A stretch of DNA of 64,000 nt from Paramecium tetraurelia (taxonomy: Eukaryota): the NCBI GenBank assembly GCA_000165425.1, contig CT868008.1, positions 372,001 through 436,000 of the forward strand, written 5' to 3'. Under the pieces are notes generated by a model that had not been told where the DNA came from, ran no database searches, and saw only the letters and a list, made by a program, of their open reading frames with translations. The position numbers and the translations under genes are program-made. Within the stretch, counting starts at the first letter, position 1. The number at the start of each line of letters is the position of its first letter. Positions 42,508 to 56,154 of this stretch are shown here, in pieces.

Positions 42508-44573
42508 ATGAATCCTCCTTAAAAAAAAAAGAAAATAAAGTGTAAAGATCATTAAGATGAAGATATTATTCAGATTTGCAAGAGTCAAATTTGCGAAGTA
42601 GACTGGAAAATTAGTTGTATGAGATGTTTAAAGGATGTTGACCATTTAAGCTGTGATTCAATTTCGATAAAAGATGTTCCGTAGCATGTAGAAAGCCATA
42701 ACAAACTGTTTGAAGAAACATAAAGAAATCTCAATAAAGTGGAAAAAAAATTTATTGAAAATATAAAATTTATAAATGAAGTCCTAGAGGGGTATAAAGT
42801 TGATGAAAGCTTCAAAGTCATTTCTTCTTTGGAGGACTTAAATTATTTGGGAAAAGTAATCACAAAATTTCCAACAGTCTATTATAAAATAAAAGAAATT
42901 TCAGAATCGATTTAAAAAGTATTAGAAAAATGCTCTATTCAAAAAATTGACACATTAAAATAGTTTAAGTAAGATAACCTGTAGGCTACAATGATTCAGA
43001 GAAATACCCAAATATTATCATAAACTCAATAGAATTAAATGCAAATAAACCTTGAAGAAACTACTATTAATTAACAAGATCTTATAAATGATTAATTAGA
43101 GGTGCTACTAAAAAAAGGAGAAGAAAACATGACTTCGTAAAATTATTAAATAGCAATAAACTGTTTTGAACAAGTTCTTTCATAAAGGCCTGAAAACATC
43201 GAAGCCAAATCTAGTTTAAGTATATAAATATTAAATTAGTAAATGCTCTAAAAGAAATGAATTATTTTCACTCCTGTTTTATTCTTTAAGAAAAATTAAA
43301 AGAAAGGGATCCTTTAAATTTTGACGCTGTTTTCTATAAAGGTAATGCAGTATTTTTGTAAATTAGGATTAAAATTTTATCTAAATTAACAATACAGTTA
43401 ATCTATTGCATATATCTCGCCTAAATTAAACAATTTTTCAGATCCAAATTAAGAAAAACAATTATTAAAATTGCTTTGTAAATTTTATTATAATCAAAGG
43501 CAATAACTATATGGAGAATAATTAATTTGTTGATGCTAGAAAAATATTGAAATAATTAGCATCAAAATAGGATAATGCTTTTGATGTTTTTTAAGAATTT
43601 GGTAAAGAAAATGTAATATATTTCAAAGCAAAATGTTATTTATTGGAAGGTTATTTGGAGGAGGCTGAAAAAAGTTTAAAGAAAGCAACTGAACTAAATA
43701 ATAATGATTTCTAAAATATTATAATTTAAAGTAAGTTATTAATTTATTTAAGTTCAAATATTTAAAAAAAAAAAAGAATACAAATAAAGTTTGGATCTTA
43801 TAAATTAATAATTAAATCAATAAATAAGAAATAAGGATAAGAAGAATTTAATGAAATTGAAAAGTATTGATAATATCTATTTTTAGCATTTATTCTTCTT
43901 GAATAAAGAGAATATTAGGAGGCTATGGTCCATTGTTAATAGTTCCTAGAAAATTATGATGATGATATTGATATTTATTCAATTTATGGAAAGTGTTTAT
44001 TGGAAAATAAGTAGTATCTATTGGCTATACATTTTTTTGAGAAAATATTAAGTTAAAAATAAAATCATTTGAAGCCTAGGATGGAAAAAGTAGTTTTATA
44101 TAATAAGTTAGACTCGGCTTAATAAATTTTAAATTCATAAAATATTAATTAATAGAATTAATTGGATAAAAACTAGATGAATCAAATTTCTTCTAGAACT
44201 CTTAGAAATAGGTAATTGTAGTAATGTTCACAAGTTCCACCTTTTTAAGGAATGGATTATAAAAAATGGTTACATGAGGCTGGTAATTTCAAATTCAATT
44301 TTATTAGTCAATATTTTGATTGAATGCTCATACGCACTCACAGATACTTTTTTGGATGACTGCATTAGAAGTTTTCCCTTAGATGAGACGCTTCTAATTT
44401 GCAAAGCTCGATATTATCTCAAAAGTATTAATACTATGCCAGAGTACAAGATAAAAGCTACTTAACAGCTTTAAGGAGCATTAAATATAAATCGCCATAA
44501 TAAAGAAGCTTAAAGCCTTTTAAATTCACTTAGACCTCAAACATCATTTGGTAGAGGGTAAACTTATAAATGA
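42508..44573 (+). CDS. N-terminal B-box-like zinc finger, coiled coil and TPR-repeat protein
   Basis: CKDH..IIQICKSQICEVDWKISCMRCLKDVDH, then TPR-like units (YQIAINCFEQVLSQRPEN, KCYLLEGYLEEAEKSLKKATEL, YGKCLLENKQYLLAIHFFEK). Many short introns. Confidence 0.82.
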
Positions 44574-44635
44574 TTTATATTAAAGGAAAAATTGTATATG
44601 ATTTATAAATTTTAAAAGAATTTGTTATAATTAGA

Positions 44636-46435
44636 TCAATTTAATTCATTTAGTGATTCTATTATTTGCATAGCAGTTGGCCTTCTCTCTGGGTATTCAC
44701 TCACCATATTTATTATTAATTCAAATTCACTTGGATAATCATTAAATAATTATTAGGGTAACTTATAATCTTATGTAAGATTTTATATCAACCTAAATAT
44801 TAGATATTATCTTACTTAAGCTTTTCAGAATTAGTTTGAAATTTCCATAACATCTCAAACAAAATAATCCCCAAAGCATAGATATCAGCAGCAGAACCAA
44901 ATTAACCACCTTTGACTTCTGGTGCCATATATATTGATGTTCCTGAATTATTTATGTATTCTAAATTTGTTTCGAATGCTTGTTCTTCACCCTAATTTAT
45001 TTGATTATTGCATAATCCTAATACTCCTATTTTAACTTCTTTCTTTGAATTGATAAATATATTCTGAGGTCTTGGATAATATATAAATATACTTTAAATC
45101 TCTGTGAATGAATTATTAATTATGCATATAAACAACTCCTTCTATAATTTATTTGAAGATAGATTTTATTAATTTTTAATCTTTTTTTCTATCAATATTT
45201 TCTATAAAATCTTTTAATGTAAAATCACATAATTCCATCTAATAATATTATTAATATATTACTTCAATAAATAACATAAATAATTAATATTATTCATCAT
45301 TTTGATTAGGATTAAAATGAAATTTTCGCATAAGGGCTTAAATTTAGCTGCTAAAATCAGATGGGATTAAATTTCGTTTAGTTTTAGAGTTTTTAGAATT
45401 AGTTTATATTTATTTATCATTTTCAGTTCCACTATCTCCAACAATTTGCACACAATCATTTAGATGTGATATTTCATCAGTATTTTGAGATTACAATTAA
45501 TCAATAAAGACATTGTTTTACATTTCTTATTGTTTTTCAGTAACTAGATCATGTAGTTTAGTTATCTCTTCAATCATTTCAGTACTTAATTCTTAAATCC
45601 AACTTGTATAATATCTTACGATATTTTTATGATTAATTTCTTAAAGGCCATTGATTTCACGGAATATGGGATGATCTCTCAAATTTATTTCATTTTAAAC
45701 TTTGAAAAATATTCTTTTCACTGCATATTATTTGAGATCAACTATTTTTTGACATTTATAAACTTCTCCAAATGCCCCATTCCCTAAAACTGTTGGTGAT
45801 GCATACAACTTCTCAAATTTACCATTCTCCAAATATTGACTCCAATCTGGGTTAGTTTATTAGATTCTATGAGTTTATTTCCTTCCACTATTTTGTTCAA
45901 TATTATTAGACGTCTTAAGATTCTTACATTTTTCATTGCTTTTCATGAACTTTTATTATATTACATAATCTTCAAACTAATATAAGTCTTTATTTTTTTC
46001 TCTATGAACAAAATTATTATCAGTTTCATTCTTTTCCAAATTAAGTTATTCTTCTCTATCTTAAGAAATATCGGTGAGTTTTCTTTTATTTGATTGTTTG
46101 ATGTCTGAAACAATATCCTAATTGGATGCATAAATATTTTGTCTTGGAGAGCTTTCTGTGCTGGATGTAGAATCTTTTTTGGGTAACTCATTCTATTCAG
46201 TACTCAATGCTAAGGAACTACGTTACAATATAGACTCTATACTTTTGCATGTCATCGCTGGCTAAGCTTTCTTTTCTGACATTAACGACCATATTTGTAG
46301 CTTTCTTGCTAAAGGCTTTGTACAAAATGTAAAATGTTATGCAGTATATCAGTAATAAGAGTATTAGGAACCACTCGAGATTGTCAAACATTAGCTACTT
46401 CCATTGATTGGTAGGTTGTTCATAGATTATTTCAT
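44636..46435 (-). CDS. eIF2-alpha kinase (PEK/GCN2-like) family protein with DFG replaced by VLG
   Basis: LGNGAFGEVYKC, QYAVKRI, HKNIVRYYTSWIQE, a long kinase insert, QMELCD, IHRDLKPQNIF, KIGVLGL, GTSIYMAPE and DIYALGIILFEM. Confidence 0.88.
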
Positions 46436-46662
46436 GTTATTTAAACCAAGAAAACTCAACGATTTGAGTTCCAACATAGATTGATTGTTATTTTGACAGA
46501 GTTTATTTTTTTATCATTAGATTTATTATAATTTATATAATAAAAATAAACATAGAAGGAGTAATATATTGTGTTGAATGTTTTATAATTTATCTATTAT
46601 TTAATATAATATATAGGCTATATGAATTAAATAACTCAGAAATAATTTAAATATCTTTAAAT

Positions 46663-48746
46663 ATGGGATAAGGATAATCTAAATTTTACGCAGTGCCAGT
46701 GGGAGAGAAGAAAGAAGGAGAAAGTCATATCTATCGAAATCCAAATAATACAGAGAAGCTCTTGGACAACTTCGAAGGAGAAACCACAGTTTAGGGTATT
46801 TTCTTAAGATCTTGCCGTAAATTTCCTAACAATAGATGCTTGGGTAAGCAAGTAGCCACAGGAGGGAATAGTAGCCATTATGTCTACAAAACCTATATTG
46901 ATGTCAGAAATGTTGCAGAGTAAAATCTTAAATAGAAACTAGATAACTTGGGTCAGGTATAAAGAATTTAAACTTGATACCAAATCCAGTATAATACGAG
47001 GGATAAGAATTAAGAATGATAGGAATATTCTCAAAGAACAGAGAAGAATGGCTACTCTTAGATATAGCCAATACATTGTATGGAAATACAATGATTCCTC
47101 TGTATGACACTTTGGGATTGGAGAGCATTCCTTACATTTTAGAACACACTTAGATCTCTACATTGTTCATATCAAGTTCAATTGTTGAAACACTTCTAAA
47201 AGTTAAAGAATACCATGCACTTAAAAATGTAGTTACTTTTGATGAATTACCATAAGACACAATTTAAAAGGTAATAGTAAATAGTATCTATTTAGTTTGG
47301 TGAAAAAGGAATAAAGGTATTGAATTACGAAGAAGTATTGAATGCTGGAAAGGATAAAATACACCCATTTGCAGAAGTACATGGAAACGACATATTCACA
47401 TTCAGTTATACATCAGGAACTACAGGAATGCCAAAAGGTGTTATGTTAAGACATGTGAATTTTGTAACAGTAGCAGGTGGAGTTGTTTATCAAGGAATTT
47501 AATTATATCCTAGTGATGTTTATTTGAGTTATTTACCTTTGCCCCATGTTTTAGAGAGAGTTGTAGTAACAGCCTTACTTGGATTCGGTTGCACAATATG
47601 CATGTATGGTGGGGACGTATAAAAAATTAATGTTGATATTCAATTGGTAAAACCAACTATTTTTGTGAGTGTTCCTAGATTGTATAGAAGATTATACAAT
47701 ACAATTAAAGAAAAAGCGGATAAAATAACAGGATATCAAAAAACATTATTTGAAAAGGGATTAGCAAGCAAAATGTATTATTTGTAAAACGGAGGACATG
47801 TTTAACACAAAGTTTGGGACAACTTAGTATTCAAAAAGACTAGAGAAGCTTTTGGTGGTAGAGTCAGACTAATGTTATCTGGATCAGCACCAATGTCACC
47901 TGAAGTTGTAGATTTCTTGAAATGTGTTGTGTGTGTTCCATTCCTTGAAGGATATGGTTAGACTGAAGGATGTGGCGGTTCATTCATTAGTAGAGCTGAT
48001 GATCCTATTAGTGGGCATGTCGGAGGTGTCTTCTCAAACATCGAATTTAAAGTTGTTGATGTTCCATAAATGAACTATTTCAGCACTGATAAAGATGAAC
48101 AAGGAAGACCTACTCCCAGAGGAGAAATCTGTAATTAGTCAATCATTATTTTTAGGCATTAGAGGAAATGGATTGTTTGCAGGATATTACTAAGAACCTG
48201 AAAAAACAAAGGAAATGATTGATGCTGACGGCTGGATGCATTCTGGAGATATTGGATTGATCAGACCTGATGGATCTTTAAAGATTATTGATAGAGTTAA
48301 AAACATTTTTAAGTTAAGTCAAGGTGAATATATTGCTCCAGAAAAAGTTGAAGGAGTCTATTTGAAGGTCAAAGGCATCGCAGAAGTATTTGTTTATGGA
48401 GACTCAACCAAAAGCTTTTGTGTAGCTATTATTGTTCCTGAAAAACACCTTGTTTTAGACTTAGCAAACACTTTAGGAATCTAAGGTACATTTGAATAGT
48501 TGTGTGGAAATGATAAAGTAAATAAGTACTTTTTTGATGAGATGGTTAAATAAGTATACATAATATCTTATCTATTAGGGTAAAGCAGAAAAATTGAATG
48601 GCATGGAAAATGTAAAGAAGATTTTCATTGAACCAACCTCCTTTATTGCTCATGGTCTAACTAGTAACACACTTAAGGTGATGAGACATAAGGCAAGAGA
48701 ACATTTCCTTAAATAAATTGAGGATATGTATAAAGGAAGCGAATGA
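46663..48746 (+). CDS. Long-chain acyl-CoA synthetase (AMP-binding)
   Basis: [42 protein letters not shown] and [23 protein letters not shown]. The N-terminus MGQGQS fits myristoylation. Confidence 0.96.
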
Positions 48747-49465
48747 GTATGAGAATAAACAAACAAAATACAATATAATTATGCGTTTCTTCTATTCATT
48801 AATCCATAACAGATTCAATCTATATCATAAACATATCTGCAATAATTTATAAAGTGTAAATATTTTGAAATGCTAATTCCATAAATTTCACTTCCAAACT
48901 TGGATTAATTCTAATTCATAACATTTGTAAAGAATTTTTGTACATATTTTTGATCTATTTTCAACTTTCAAATACTAGCGATTAATTATTCAAATTTTCT
49001 GCCATTAATAAGCTTTCGTTTCTTAAAATACTTAATTATATAACTCATTAAAATTGCATTAAATTTAATATAAAACTGCTCAATAAAGAGTGGAATACAG
49101 AGATCATTTTATTGGATGAAAATATACATTTCACCAAAATTATTCAACTGATTTAATAATACCTGACTTTGTTTATAATAAAATATTTTTCGGTTAAATC
49201 AGTAATTTACACTATTTAAAGAAAAAATAAATAGAAAAGATATTTGAAAGAGTATCATGTATTTGTATGAGGAGTTTATATTCTAATAATTATTTTCTTT
49301 GTTAGAGATTTCTTCCAGAAAAAATAAATGTTGTTAAGTTTTATAACTTGCACAAAAAGTTATGAGTATTTTGATTTTAGAGCAAAGTTTGAGTCAAAGT
49401 TAGACTAAGCTGAGAATGAAAAGTTGCTATTTTTGATTAATAATTTACATAATTTAATTAAATAA

Positions 49466-50684
49466 TGGGAACATGTTGCGGTACGCAAGGTTAATTGTAA
49501 ATTGTTATGCCGAAATTTGAACTATCCTTCCTGAGTGTCTACACCTAAAAAGCTATTTTAATACAAAGGGCTTACAGATGTATTTTGGGTTTAAACAATA
49601 AATAGAGTTCAAGAATCGGAAGAGACGACCAACAGTTCCAGTATCTATTACAAACGACAGCTAGAGAAGTCATTAGGAGCCTATTGAAATTGCAATTGTT
49701 CATTAGTAACCTTAAGATGAAGTTGCATAGATGGAATAGATAAAAGAAGTCCCTATTATTGTAGATCATTCTCCTCCTGATGGTGTCAAAGTAGAGAGAA
49801 AATAGAGTGAATATCCTGCATCGATCAATTCTTTGATATTTCGAATCGGGAACTTTAATTATAAAGAGTATTTAAAGAAGGAAAGCTAAAACTATGAGGA
49901 GGAAGAATTGAGTGCAGCCTTTTTAGACCCATATTTACTTGCCGATGGAACAATATATTTAGGTTAATGGAAATTGGGTAAAAGACATGGAAAAGGCAGG
50001 GCAATTTTTCAAGACAAAAGTGTATATGAAGGTTTTTGGAAAAATGATTAAATGGATGGTTATGGTAGGTTGATTTTTGTGACTGGAGATTATTATGAAG
50101 GAGAATTCAAGGAGAATAAAGCAAATGGATTTGGGAAATAAGTGACTTCATTAGGGTATTCCTATGAAGGCTATTGGGTTAATGATAAATAATAAGGAGA
50201 TGGGAATGAAAAGTTTTCAGATGGAACAAATTTCAAAGGAAAATTTGTGGATGGAAACAAAACAGGTTTCGGAGAATTTGTTTTTTCAGATGGATCCAAG
50301 TATTAGTTCAGCTAAAAAAAGGTATAAGGGTTAAATTGTTAATAATAAATTTAATGGAAAAGGAGTGTTTAACTTTCCAGATGGCCGTAAATATGATGGA
50401 TACTGGAAGGATAATTAAATGGATGGATATGGGACATTTACTTGGCCGGATGGTAGATGCTATGATGGATATGTAAGTTTAATTATAATGATTAGTATGT
50501 GAAAGATAAAAAACATGGATTTGGGGATTTCACATATGCCGATGGGTCAATGTATAAAGGCAACTGGGTTGATGGCAAAGAACATGGATAAGGAACTTTC
50601 CATTCAAAAAGTGGATTATATAGAGAAGGGGAATGGATCAATGGCAAAAGAGTAAAATGGATTTCTACATACTAAACTTCCTGA
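49466..50684 (+). CDS. MORN-repeat protein with N-terminal MGTCC and an IQ motif
   Basis: Repeated Y-x-G-x-W/F..G-x-G units (YEGFWKNDQMDGYG, YEGEFKENKANGFG, YKGNWVDGKQHGQG) and AILIQRAYRQFK. Confidence 0.9.
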
Positions 50685-50757
50685 ATACAAAAAAGAAGAT
50701 ACTAATTTATTTCTTGTTTTTTCTTTCAAAATTTTTAATTATTATTAGATTATATTT

Positions 50758-51181
50758 ATGCCTCATATTAAGTTGCCTAACTTTCGACTTGGTATTTAAC
50801 CATCAGTTAGATCATCTTATAAAATGGACAAATTGACTCCATCATAAAAATTAGATCTGGTAGCAGCTCGTATATTTGGAATTTCCTTTGGTGGTAATTT
50901 GAGAAATGGAATGAAGGCTATTAAGAGATTAGATTCAGGCGAAAATAGAGCTCGATAGTATAGTGTCCCTGTATGGAATCCAGCGTAATGATTTATAATA
51001 TCCTAAAAGATAATGGTTTCCATTTATGACATAATGGAAAAAACTTGAATTCAATAGGAAGTTAGTAGATGGTAGAAAAATGAGAATTATGATGAGAGGT
51101 GTTAAAATTGGAAGATAGAAGGGAGGTGAAAAGATATCTATCCTTAACATTTATGAACGCAAGAAGGCTAGCATGGAGTGA
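50758..51181 (+). CDS. Mitochondrial small-subunit ribosomal protein mS33 (MRPS33/Rsm27-like)
   Basis: Small basic protein with LDLVAARIFG..NLRNGMKAIKRL..G..RQY and C-terminal MMRGVKIGRQKGG. One 25-nt intron. Confidence 0.7.
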
Positions 51182-51234
51182 TTTATAATATATATAAAAA
51201 GAAATAAGAGAAACTATTTATTATTTATTTTAAA

Positions 51235-52041
51235 ATGATATCATTTATAATAACAATGGCTTTCATATTTAACACAACTGCAATCAACATCAACTAAAAG
51301 AAAAAATGCGATTGCATATCATACCTAAATGATTTTGAATGCAATTTAAATTAATAATGTATGTGGATCAACTCCGCTTGTTAAACCAAAACATGCTCTT
51401 AATTTTATTATCCATTTTAATGTAAGAGTTCGCAAGGATGCTTTTACAATCCTAAGGATAATACTTGTGGAGTTTATGCAGAGTGTAGTCAATTGACTGC
51501 AACATCCTAATAAGATTGTGAGTCGCAATCATACTATTGCGGATTATATAATACTACATCGAAAGTATGCTAAAGCTTGCCTCTGAATGCATGTCCCCAA
51601 TATACAGTATAATAAGAATGCTTGTATTCTGGTTAAGGTTAATTATGTTTATGGAGTGATAATTAATGTTAAGATTTTAATTGCTCTCTAATAAATACTT
51701 AATCTTAGTGTTAAACCTATAATTTATATTGCACTTGGATGATTAACACTCAATAATGTGTTACAGCTACCTGTGATAATAAAGCTCCATCCGAATGTAC
51801 ATTATTTTTATCCAAAAATGGTAATAACACTGATATTTAACCTTGTTATGTTGATTATTCAGCAACACCAGCAAAATGTCGGGATGCTTCATTGTCTGAT
51901 TTATCGGCATACACATGCAGCTTAAATACATTGAATTATGCACTATGGAATAATGGGAACTTGCATAGTGGAAGTTGTGAACTTTGCTATGCCCCTTTAA
52001 TTTAAATCATCATTCTAGCGATATTAATTATGATTTAATGA
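51235..52041 (+). CDS. Small Cys-rich surface protein (mini-antigen-like), putative GPI anchor
   Basis: Hydrophobic N-terminus, periodic Cys with C-x-W motifs (CMWINSAC, CLWSDNQC, CTWMINTQQC) and hydrophobic C-terminus LIQIIILAILIMIQ*. Intronless. Confidence 0.85.
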
Positions 52042-52164
52042 AATTATTATTATACAAGTTATGATTTATTCTTTTTATAATATTTCATTTTATTCTTAGA
52101 ATCTTCTCTGGGAGCTCTATAAAACTTTCCTTATTTTGGGGTTCTGATGTAATAAAATTTAATT

Positions 52165-54167
52165 ATGATTATTTTTAGAAAGTTCTGTTATAGGTTTGCC
52201 TAAGCCATATAAGAATCCTAGTAACAAATCTCTAAATATTCAAACCCAGACAGCATCCCTACAAAAATGGTTTTAAAAAACATAACCCTCTCTGAGTAGC
52301 TTTCAATCTAATAGCTCTCTATCTTGACTGATATTGACCAAAAAGAACTAATCAGAACAATAAATCAATTTTCTAAATAACCTGTTAATTATACTAAAAT
52401 AACTAAAGATCTTATCGAACCGATTTTGCCATTATATAATTTAAGCTCCTACAAAGAAAATCCAATTACAAGACCACCAATTATAACTATTATGGGGCAT
52501 GTTGATCATGGAAAAACTACATTATTGGATAGACTAAGAAATTCAAATATAGCTGAAGGAGAAGTGGGGGGAATAACATAAAAAATTGGTGCTTTTCATG
52601 TAAAAGTGGGAGACAATTAAATCACATTTATTGATACTCCAGGACACGAGGCATTTTCTAATATGAGATAGAGAGGAGCTGAGTTTACTGATATGATTAT
52701 TTTAGTGGTATCTGCAGCAGATGGAGTTTAACCTCAAACCAAAGAAGTCATCTAAATTGCTTCCTAATTAAATATCCCTATTATTGTTGCCATCAATAAA
52801 ATCGATGTTCCTAATGTTAATCCAGAGGATGTTGAATTAGAATTATTGGAGTGTGGTCTTGATTTGGAATCTTAAGGAGGAAATATCCCAGTTGTACATA
52901 TAAGTGCAAAAAATGGGAAGAATATTGATTTATTATTGGAATTGATTCAATTTTAAGGAGAGCTCTTAGAATTAAAGGCAGATCCTACAGTTCCTGCTTA
53001 AGGAGTTGTTCTAGAAGCAAGATAATCAGAATTGACTGAAGAAAGAGGATCTACAATTATTGTACAAAAAGGAAGTCTCAAAATTAATGATATAATTGTT
53101 GTTGGCAATTAATATGGAAAAGTTAGAGTAATGAGAGATGACAGAGCAAATACAATGTAGATAGCAGGACCTTCAAGTGCGATTGAAATTGTATTTTATC
53201 ATTTTTATATTTTAAGATTGGATTAAAGGAGATTCCTTAGAGTGGTTCCAAATTCTTTGTTGCAAAGAATGAATTAATAGCTCAATTAATTGTAAATAAA
53301 AGAAAAAAAGAAGCAGAATTTAAATAACTATAAAATGCAGAAATGATTGATGGATCATTTGGAAAGATTAAATTTTAAAATAAACATGAAAAGCGAGATG
53401 TTTATGGTGATACTAAGCATCTTATAGAGAAATATAAGGAAATTTAAAATATGTTGAGAGAAGAAATAGAATCAACTGAGGATCCAGAAATCAAAGAAGC
53501 TTTGGTAGAAAAACTTAGATAACATGAATTATTCTCATCTTAAATGATTAATCTTGCTCCAGATACATAAGTCTTAAAACTAGTGATTAAAGGTTAAGAT
53601 TTTGGAACTTTAGAGACTCTTATAAAATTAGTGAATCAATTAAAGGAGAAGGAGAATGCTGAGATATTGATACTTTCATCAGGTGTTGGAGATGTAACCT
53701 AAAAAGACTTTAAGGATGCTTAATTGTTTGGTGCTACGATAGTTACATTGAATTCCAATGTTCCAAATGATATCATTAGATAGGCTTAATAAGATAAGAT
53801 AGACATAGTCTAGCATTAGATTATCTATCATTTAATTGATGACTTAAAAACTCTTGTCACAGCTCCTAGAAATGCTAAAGTTAGTATTATTGGAACAGCC
53901 AAAGTATAGAATGTCTTCGATGTGAAACTCAAAGGGCAATCAAGAAAGATTTATGGTCTGACTGTCACCCATGGAATTTTGAATAAAAAATGCAGGGTGA
54001 GATTATTGAGAGGGGGGAAGGTTGTTGCTGCTGATCTGGAAATTGCCAATTTAAAGCACTTTAAAGAGGAGGTTGACCGTATAGAATCTGGGAAAGATTG
54101 TGGATTATCAATTATATCAAATGTTGAAGTGAAAGTTGGCGATGAATTTGAATGCTATAAAAGTTGA
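52165..54167 (+). CDS. Mitochondrial translation initiation factor IF-2
   Basis: [52 protein letters not shown] and [14 protein letters not shown]. The N-terminus is presequence-like; one intron near 53192. Confidence 0.95.
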
Positions 54168-54372
54168 TTATATTAATTATATGATAATTTTATAGTGTGT
54201 TTGAGTTGAAGCAGAAATTTATATTAGTTTTTCAGGAATCTGACTAGATCACTGCTTTCTTGCCCAAAAAATAGAATGATTAAACATCTGATATTTATTA
54301 TAAATATAAATTAATATATTCCTTTTTTCAATGATTTAGGATTTCACTTTCTAACGAATATCTTCTTCTTCT

Positions 54373-55521
54373 ATGTAAACCAAAGAGTTAAAATCAAAGT
54401 TTATTATTCAAAAGAATATTGGGTATGGCGATTATGGGTAAATTGATCATTTTAATCTTAGAACTGTATATCAAGGTGTGAATATGCACACCAGAGAGAC
54501 AGTCGCCATCAAAGAATTATCCCATCGTATTAATGATTAAGGGGTTTGATATATTATTCTATATAAGATAAATGCTTAAGCACTAAGAGAGATTGAAATA
54601 CTCCGATCTCTTCATTGTGATTAAATAGTGTTATTTAAAGAATTAGCTTATTAAAATCGAAAGACTTATATAATAATGGAATATGTGGAGGAAGATTTGC
54701 TTACCGCTATGAGAAGAGACATCTTCACTGAGGTTTAAGCCAAGTAGATTATGTTTTAAGTCTTAAAAGGCTTAGCTTATTTACATGATCTCGGCATAAT
54801 ACACAGAGACCTTAAACGTAAAACTGTTGAAACCTATTTTAGCTAACAATATTTTACACAAAAATTTAACAATTAAAATTTGTGATTTGGGAATGGCTCA
54901 AAATTTAAAAAAATTCAAGCCTCAAACCACCAGAATATAAAATCATCAATACAGGGCTCCAGAAGTGTTCCTTGGTTTATTAAATCACTAATATTAGGTT
55001 AAAAATACTGCTCCAAGGTTGATGTTTGGTCAGCAGGGGTTTTGTTTATCGAACTTCTCTTTAGAAGCAATCCCTTCAAGGGATCGTCTGAAATCAATAG
55101 TTTTCAATAAATTTTAAAACTATGTGGAACTCCTACTGAAGGTATTTGATTCATACTCAACTTTCGTAGAAACTTGGTAAGGTGTGACCACACTAAGAAA
55201 TTACTCTAAATTGATCAACAGTGAGAGTTTTCCCAAGATCTTACATTCATTACTTGAAAGGAAAATGTCTCCCCTCTTAGTCAATCTTATAGACTAGATG
55301 TTGACTCTTGATCCTACGAAAAGGATATCCGCTCAGACAGCTCTATAGCATTTATACTTCAAAGGTATAAATATAGATAGGTAATTATCACTTACAAAAT
55401 AAGATGTCTCAAAATAAACGGGACAGGAAAAAAAAGAGTCTAAACTCAAAGTTAAACTGAAACCTAAGTGCATAATTATCCAGATGGATAAAGAATAATT
55501 GTTATTTCGAAAAAGTACTGA
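54373..55521 (+). CDS. Divergent cyclin-dependent kinase-like protein
   Basis: IGYGDYGTVY, VAIK, GINAQALREI (PSTAIRE position), HRDLKPNNI, ICDLG, YRAPE, DVWSAG and LCGTP. The 3' end depends on an inferred intron and may extend to ~55780. Confidence 0.85.
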
Positions 55522-55917
55522 AAAGCAATTATTTATGCTTTTGAAGATGATTGCTATATTTTGGGCAAGTAAATCAAATTATCTGACTTCATTCAACTCA
55601 ATCAATTCTCTTTAAACAAATAAATAGAGTAGAAATAGTTATTAATCAAATAATATACCAAAAGGATACTCTTAAACATGGTGGTTGAATGGTAAGCTCA
55701 TTTCATTTATAATAGCCTTCATAATCAGTTAATTGATTTACACACCTTAAATACGCTTTCTATTCAAAAACTAAAATGAAAATAATTTATAATATATATT
55801 AACTACTACAATTTTCTTCTCGTTTTGGATTATCAAGTATTAATTTGATAAACTTTGTTTTCAGATATATAATTCTTTATCAAAACCACTAAAAAAACAT
55901 AAATTATTTTATAATAA

Positions 55918-56154
55918 ATGGGTTGTACATAAACAAAACTAAAATCTAAGAAGGATATGTGTTTTGTTGATGTTCCCCTTTAAGTTGGTAGAAAAATGAG
56001 CAAAGAGGAAGGAATAGTATCAAGAGAATACAAAATTAACTCCACAAGGATTACTTAGGCCAAAAAGCAAATATTGACTGGAGTTTCTCCTGCCTTAAGT
56101 GAAGGAAAGAACGTCTCATACATGTCTACTCATAAAGAAGCACAAAAATAATGA
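55918..56154 (+). CDS. 78-aa microprotein with N-terminal MGC dual-acylation motif
   Basis: Intronless MGCTQTKLKSKKDMCFVDVPLQVGRKMSKEEG...HKEAQKQ*, flanked by AT-rich DNA. Confidence 0.65.
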
